A stretch of DNA of 63,782 nucleotides, filler included, from Dimorphilus gyrociliatus (taxonomy: Eukaryota > Animalia > Annelida), in NCBI GenBank assembly GCA_904063045.1. It is 3 parts of 3 records of this genome, joined end to end, with 100 filler letters (N's around TTAATTAATTAA, not from the genome) between each part and the next. Parts side by side here need not be neighbours in the genome. Positions count along the whole stretch, not along the records: positions 57,590 to 63,782 come from CAJFCJ010000136.1; 2 more parts are not named here. One strand, written 5' to 3'. The translations under genes and the position numbers were made by a program. Each line of letters opens with the position of its first letter. The stretch's first letter is position 1. The notes beneath the pieces are model-generated. The model was not told the origin of the DNA and ran no database searches. It saw only the letters and a list, made by a program, of their open reading frames with translations. Below are positions 59,951 to 63,782 of the stretch, in pieces.

Positions 59951-60379
59951 CATGTTTGAAAATTATTGGGACCATCCAGACTGAATGTACACTCATCAGA
60001 CATGATTATTTTTTTGGAAATCAGTTTGTGCCTGAAACCACCCTCTACATACTTCAACCTTTTCCAGTCAGTTTTTATTATTTAATGAGGGTTGTTGGGC
60101 AATTTTCTTATATTGCATCACCTTTCTTTAGTTTGTTGATTTCATGCTTTATTAGGGTTTTCTCCCTGTTCAAAATGGATTTTGAAATGAAGTTAACTAT
60201 GCTAAAACTTCAATTCATATCCAAGTTGTAATAAATATACATTATGGATAATAAATTGAGCAACAAACTTCCAGTAGTTGAGCAACATTCATTTCTGATC
60301 TTTCAAAACTTTCCCAAGCTTCAAAGATTTTCTGTTGAAGATGTTTATAAATCAGAGAGGAACTTGTTTTAATCCTGAA

Positions 60380-61570
60380 TCATTTCTTAGAAATCCATGA
60401 ATACAATATAGTTACTTGAATGGGTCATTTGCAAGTTTGAATGTTCCATCAAGAAACCAAATATTTGTTGATTTCAAAAGGTTAAGTTGGTTGTCTGTTG
60501 CAAAAATTACCACTCTTGTTTGTTTTTTAAAAATATCAACTTTCAAGAAATTTTCTGGTAAAAACATTTGTTTAATAATAAATCTCAAGCCATTAGGTTC
60601 CTCAGGTCTATTTTTTCTTTTGTGATAGTTAACAACTTCAATGCAAGATTTTATTGATGGTAAAGACTCATTTCCATTATATTCAATAAGAGTTTCCTCT
60701 GCAATGCTTTTTCCATTTTTATGAGTATTCCCTTTTCCTTTCTCCCTAACATTCTTTTTCAACAGAAGCTTATTTTCTAAATCTTTCACTGGGCTATGAA
60801 AATGCTCAGCTTTAGATAAAGTGTAGGAGAAATTCACTTCAGTGATTCCAGCTTTACATTTTTCTTTCTTGGTTTTAAATTTTAAATGGCTCAATTTCAT
60901 TACATTTTTCTGTTACAAATACTTGATCATTTTCAGTTGAAATAATCAGGTACTGTTTCTGTTCACAGTTCATCTTCTTTATTTACCATTTCATCCAATA
61001 TTCTGATCTCTTGAAAGTCAAATCCAAAGGAAAAATTTATGTCAAATTCATTTGGAGAATGAAATTGTCTTATTAATAGTCATGCTATTCCTTTCCTCAT
61101 GACCTGAATTTTGTGATAGTGGCATCATTATTTTCATTGGACTACTTTGGGGCCAACAGAAAATGTCCATTTTTTAGAAACTTTGGGATTGAAGTTTAGG
61201 TTGAAATTGGGTTTTCAAAAATAAACGAACTGTTGTTTTGTTGTTAGGTGGGTCTAAACTAAAGAGTTAGGTAAAGCAAAGTGAAGAGGGAAAGGGCCAG
61301 GGCTCAGTTAGGGTTAGGGTTAAACTCCAAATTCATTCACGTTTTCTGTCGCATCCGACAAATTACTTTCACTCACTTCATGCTGCTGAGTTGTCCCAAA
61401 ACAGCATTTGTTCACTTTTATAATAACTTCCTTACTCTTTATTTCTTTGCATTGAATAAAATACTTTCCTTCCATGCACTTAATATGGAAAAGATGTTTA
61501 CATAGTAAGCATGTCATTTTCTTATTCTTTCTATGAATATTTTTTTTACAACTGTTACATACTGCCATTT
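60380..61570 (-). mobile_element. Fourth MULE remnant with N-terminal PHD-like finger, interrupted by a MITE
   Basis: MAVCNSCKK..CLLCKHLFHIKC..NKC at 61400-61568. VVIFATDNQL..WFLDGTFKLANDPF at 60412-60520. Confidence 0.85.
61149..61356. mobile_element. 208-bp diverged relative of the TTAGGG MITE
   Basis: Ends GGGGCCAACAGAAAATGTCC and CGTTTTCTGTCGCATCC (right end identical to 12176-12190). Internal GTTAGGGTTAGGGTT. Flanks GACTACTTT and GAC(AAAT)TACTTT look like a degenerate TSD. Confidence 0.82.
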
Positions 61571-62448
61571 TGAATCCTGATGTAATGCCACTTTTAAAAA
61601 AAGGTTAATTAAATGAATACTTTTTAAAATTATTTATTGAAACCATTAATAATATATTTTACAAGTAATAATTCCCTTTTTTACCCATCACTTGAGTTTT
61701 TCATTAGGGAATCCTAACAACCCTAAATTTTAAGTTGAAAGGGTTACTACAACTTCAATAATCTAGCTCTGGACAATCAGCTGGATGTGTAAAAGAGATT
61801 AAACTTCAACTTGGCAATTTTGAAGATGGTCACTAACCGCTAACTTGCAGATGTTCTGACATGATCATGGATTGCTCAAACAGGGAAAATTTGGAAATTG
61901 TTGGTTTGGATGCTAATAACAAGCACTCACCTTAAGCTGTCAGGAAATTGAACTAGGAATGCAGAACAATTTGATAAGCTGATAAATTTGCAGTCAGGCA
62001 ATTTGAAAAATAAGTTTATTCAAAAGATTGTCAATAGTGCATTTTGCATTCTCCAGAATTTACAGCAGATTGTTAAGAATTATCATCCTTGACATTGTTA
62101 TTTTGTAGTTGCCTATAATTACTTATGATTATTATTATAATAGTAGGCAATCAATGAAGGAAATTAAAGACTTTCAGTAAAAGAATTAGCATAGCTTGAG
62201 GTTGAGATTAGGGTTAGGGTCAAGGTTAAAGTTTACCAGTCAACAAAAAAACAACACACAAAATTCCTAAACTGAATAATGTGTTTTTGAAGAAAATTAT
62301 TCAGAATTTATTACATGTAATAAATATAAGTATAAGGTTTATAAATATAAGTTTATTAGATAATTAAATTACCTGAACTACTCAACATTTTTTCAAAAAT
62401 TTCTTAAGGTTACTGCTTCCTTCTTCATTTAAATAACAGTACATAGCA

Positions 62449-63409
62449 TCAATCTCCATGCAATGAATGTTTTGATTGCTCAAGTCCTTTACAAATATCT
62501 AAAAATCCAATTTTTGTATCAATATTCCCATTTAATTTAATTTCCTGAATTGCTGAACAATTTTCCAACAATTTCCCAAGATTAGTGATTTGTTCTTCAT
62601 TTAAATTACAGAATGAAACATGAATCTTTTGCAATGAATGTTTTGATTGCTCAAGTCCTATACAAATATCCAAAAATCCATTTTTCATCTTAACATTCCC
62701 ATTTAATTTAATTTTCTGAATTGCTGAACATTTTCCAACAATTTTCTCAGACTTCTGCATAGTTCCTCATTTAAATTACAGCGTCTAACATGAATCTTTT
62801 GCAATGAATGTTTTGATTGCTCAAGTCCTTTACAAATATCCAAAAATCCATTTTTCATCTCTATTTTTAAGTAATGAAATTTCCTGAATTGCTGAACAAT
62901 TTTCCATGATTAGCGATTTGTTCTTCATTTAAATTACAGTAGGAAACATTAATCTTTTGCAGTGAATATTTTGATTGCTCAAGTATTTTACAAATATCCA
63001 AAAAGCCACTTTTCATCATTTTATTCCCTCCTAATTCAATTTCCTGAATTACTGAACATTTTCCCAACAATTTCCCAAGATTAGTGCTTTGTTCTTCATT
63101 TAAATTACAGTATCTAACATCAATCTTTTGCAATGAATGTTTTGATTGCTCAAGTTTACAAATATCCAAAAATGCATTTTTCATACTTTGATTCCATTCA
63201 ATTGAGTAAACATCACTGGTTGGGACTTGACATTCCTGTTGACACTTTGGACAAGTCAGTTTATTGTTACTAATATCTGACTGTTGTAAACATTGTAAAC
63301 AGAATGTACGATGACAAGGAAGTATTCTAGGATCCTTATCCACCACCAGATCCAAACAAATAGCACATATAACACTTTCCTCTTTTACAATATATGTAGC
63401 AGCAGCCAT
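62449..63409 (-). pseudogene. TRIM-type RING finger fused directly to ~5 RI-type LRR double repeats; frameshifted after repeat 2
   Basis: CAICLD..DPRILPCHRTFCLQCL..CPKC followed within ~25 aa by SLQKIDVRYCNLNEEQ repeats. The DNA unit is ~171 bp (62461, 62632, 62802, 62960, 63131). Confidence 0.8.
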
Positions 63410-63782
63410 TCGTTGTGGTTATTAAAATAGAAAAAATATTATAACCATGGTTATAGTTAACATGTAATTAGTTTGATATTTATGGATTAACTGAAATGTT
63501 ATTAAAAAATTTGAACATTGAGCTGTGTTATTATTAAAAATTAACCAAAGCCAGAAATATTCTTCCAGAATGAGGTGGCTAGCCAAGGAATACAATTCCA
63601 ACCTTGATGAAGAGGCAAACTTTGCTACCAGAATCAAAGGAAATAAGAAAAAATAAAAGACCTGTCGAGGAAGGATCAACTAGAGAAGATAATAATAGTT
63701 GTGGAGGACCTTAAGAGAAAAGTGCAAATAGGAGAGGTTAATGAGGTATACAAGCACAGTGCCATGCTCCAGGTGTAGATGT

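Noticed and set aside
10008-63409. A single integrated immune supercluster spanning the window
   Set aside because: The components lie on three artificially joined contigs. Only the LRR, CxxC-LU and NLR pair share a contig.

Overview
AT-rich eukaryotic genomic DNA with short GT-AG introns and TTAGGG-type repeats. The gene content (GRL101-like receptors, NACHT-LRR genes, a neuropeptide-type GPCR) suggests a lophotrochozoan, possibly an annelid; this is inference only. Two identical 100-bp N/TTAATTAATTAA linkers (30490-30589, 57490-57589) are assembly artefacts, so the window is three contigs and adjacency across them is unsupported. Host genes: an RI-type LRR ORF, a decayed F5/8C plus FAMeT-like gene, a large CxxC-repeat protein ending in a hidden Ly6/uPAR domain with a GPI signal, two tandem NLRs, a class A GPCR, GRL101-like LDLa/LRR GPCRs, and a RING-LRR ORF. 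The rest is densely nested mobile DNA: Phantom-like MULEs (FLYWCH, some with an N-terminal PHD finger), a ~207-bp TTAGGG-bearing MULE MITE, mariner and Tc1 remnants, solo LTRs, and pieces of a Ty3/Gypsy family carrying a class III (herpes gB/chuvirus-like) envelope gene. The best candidate for an undescribed system is that retroelement. In the 53-56 kb copy, one reading frame with a single internal TAA runs integrase C-terminus, a SECOND aspartic protease, an acidic tandem array of SIM-like motifs, a signal peptide and the class III env. A sister copy at 20-21 kb lacks the protease/SIM module. All homology calls are by motif recognition only; no database searches were run, and many coordinates for decayed elements are approximate.
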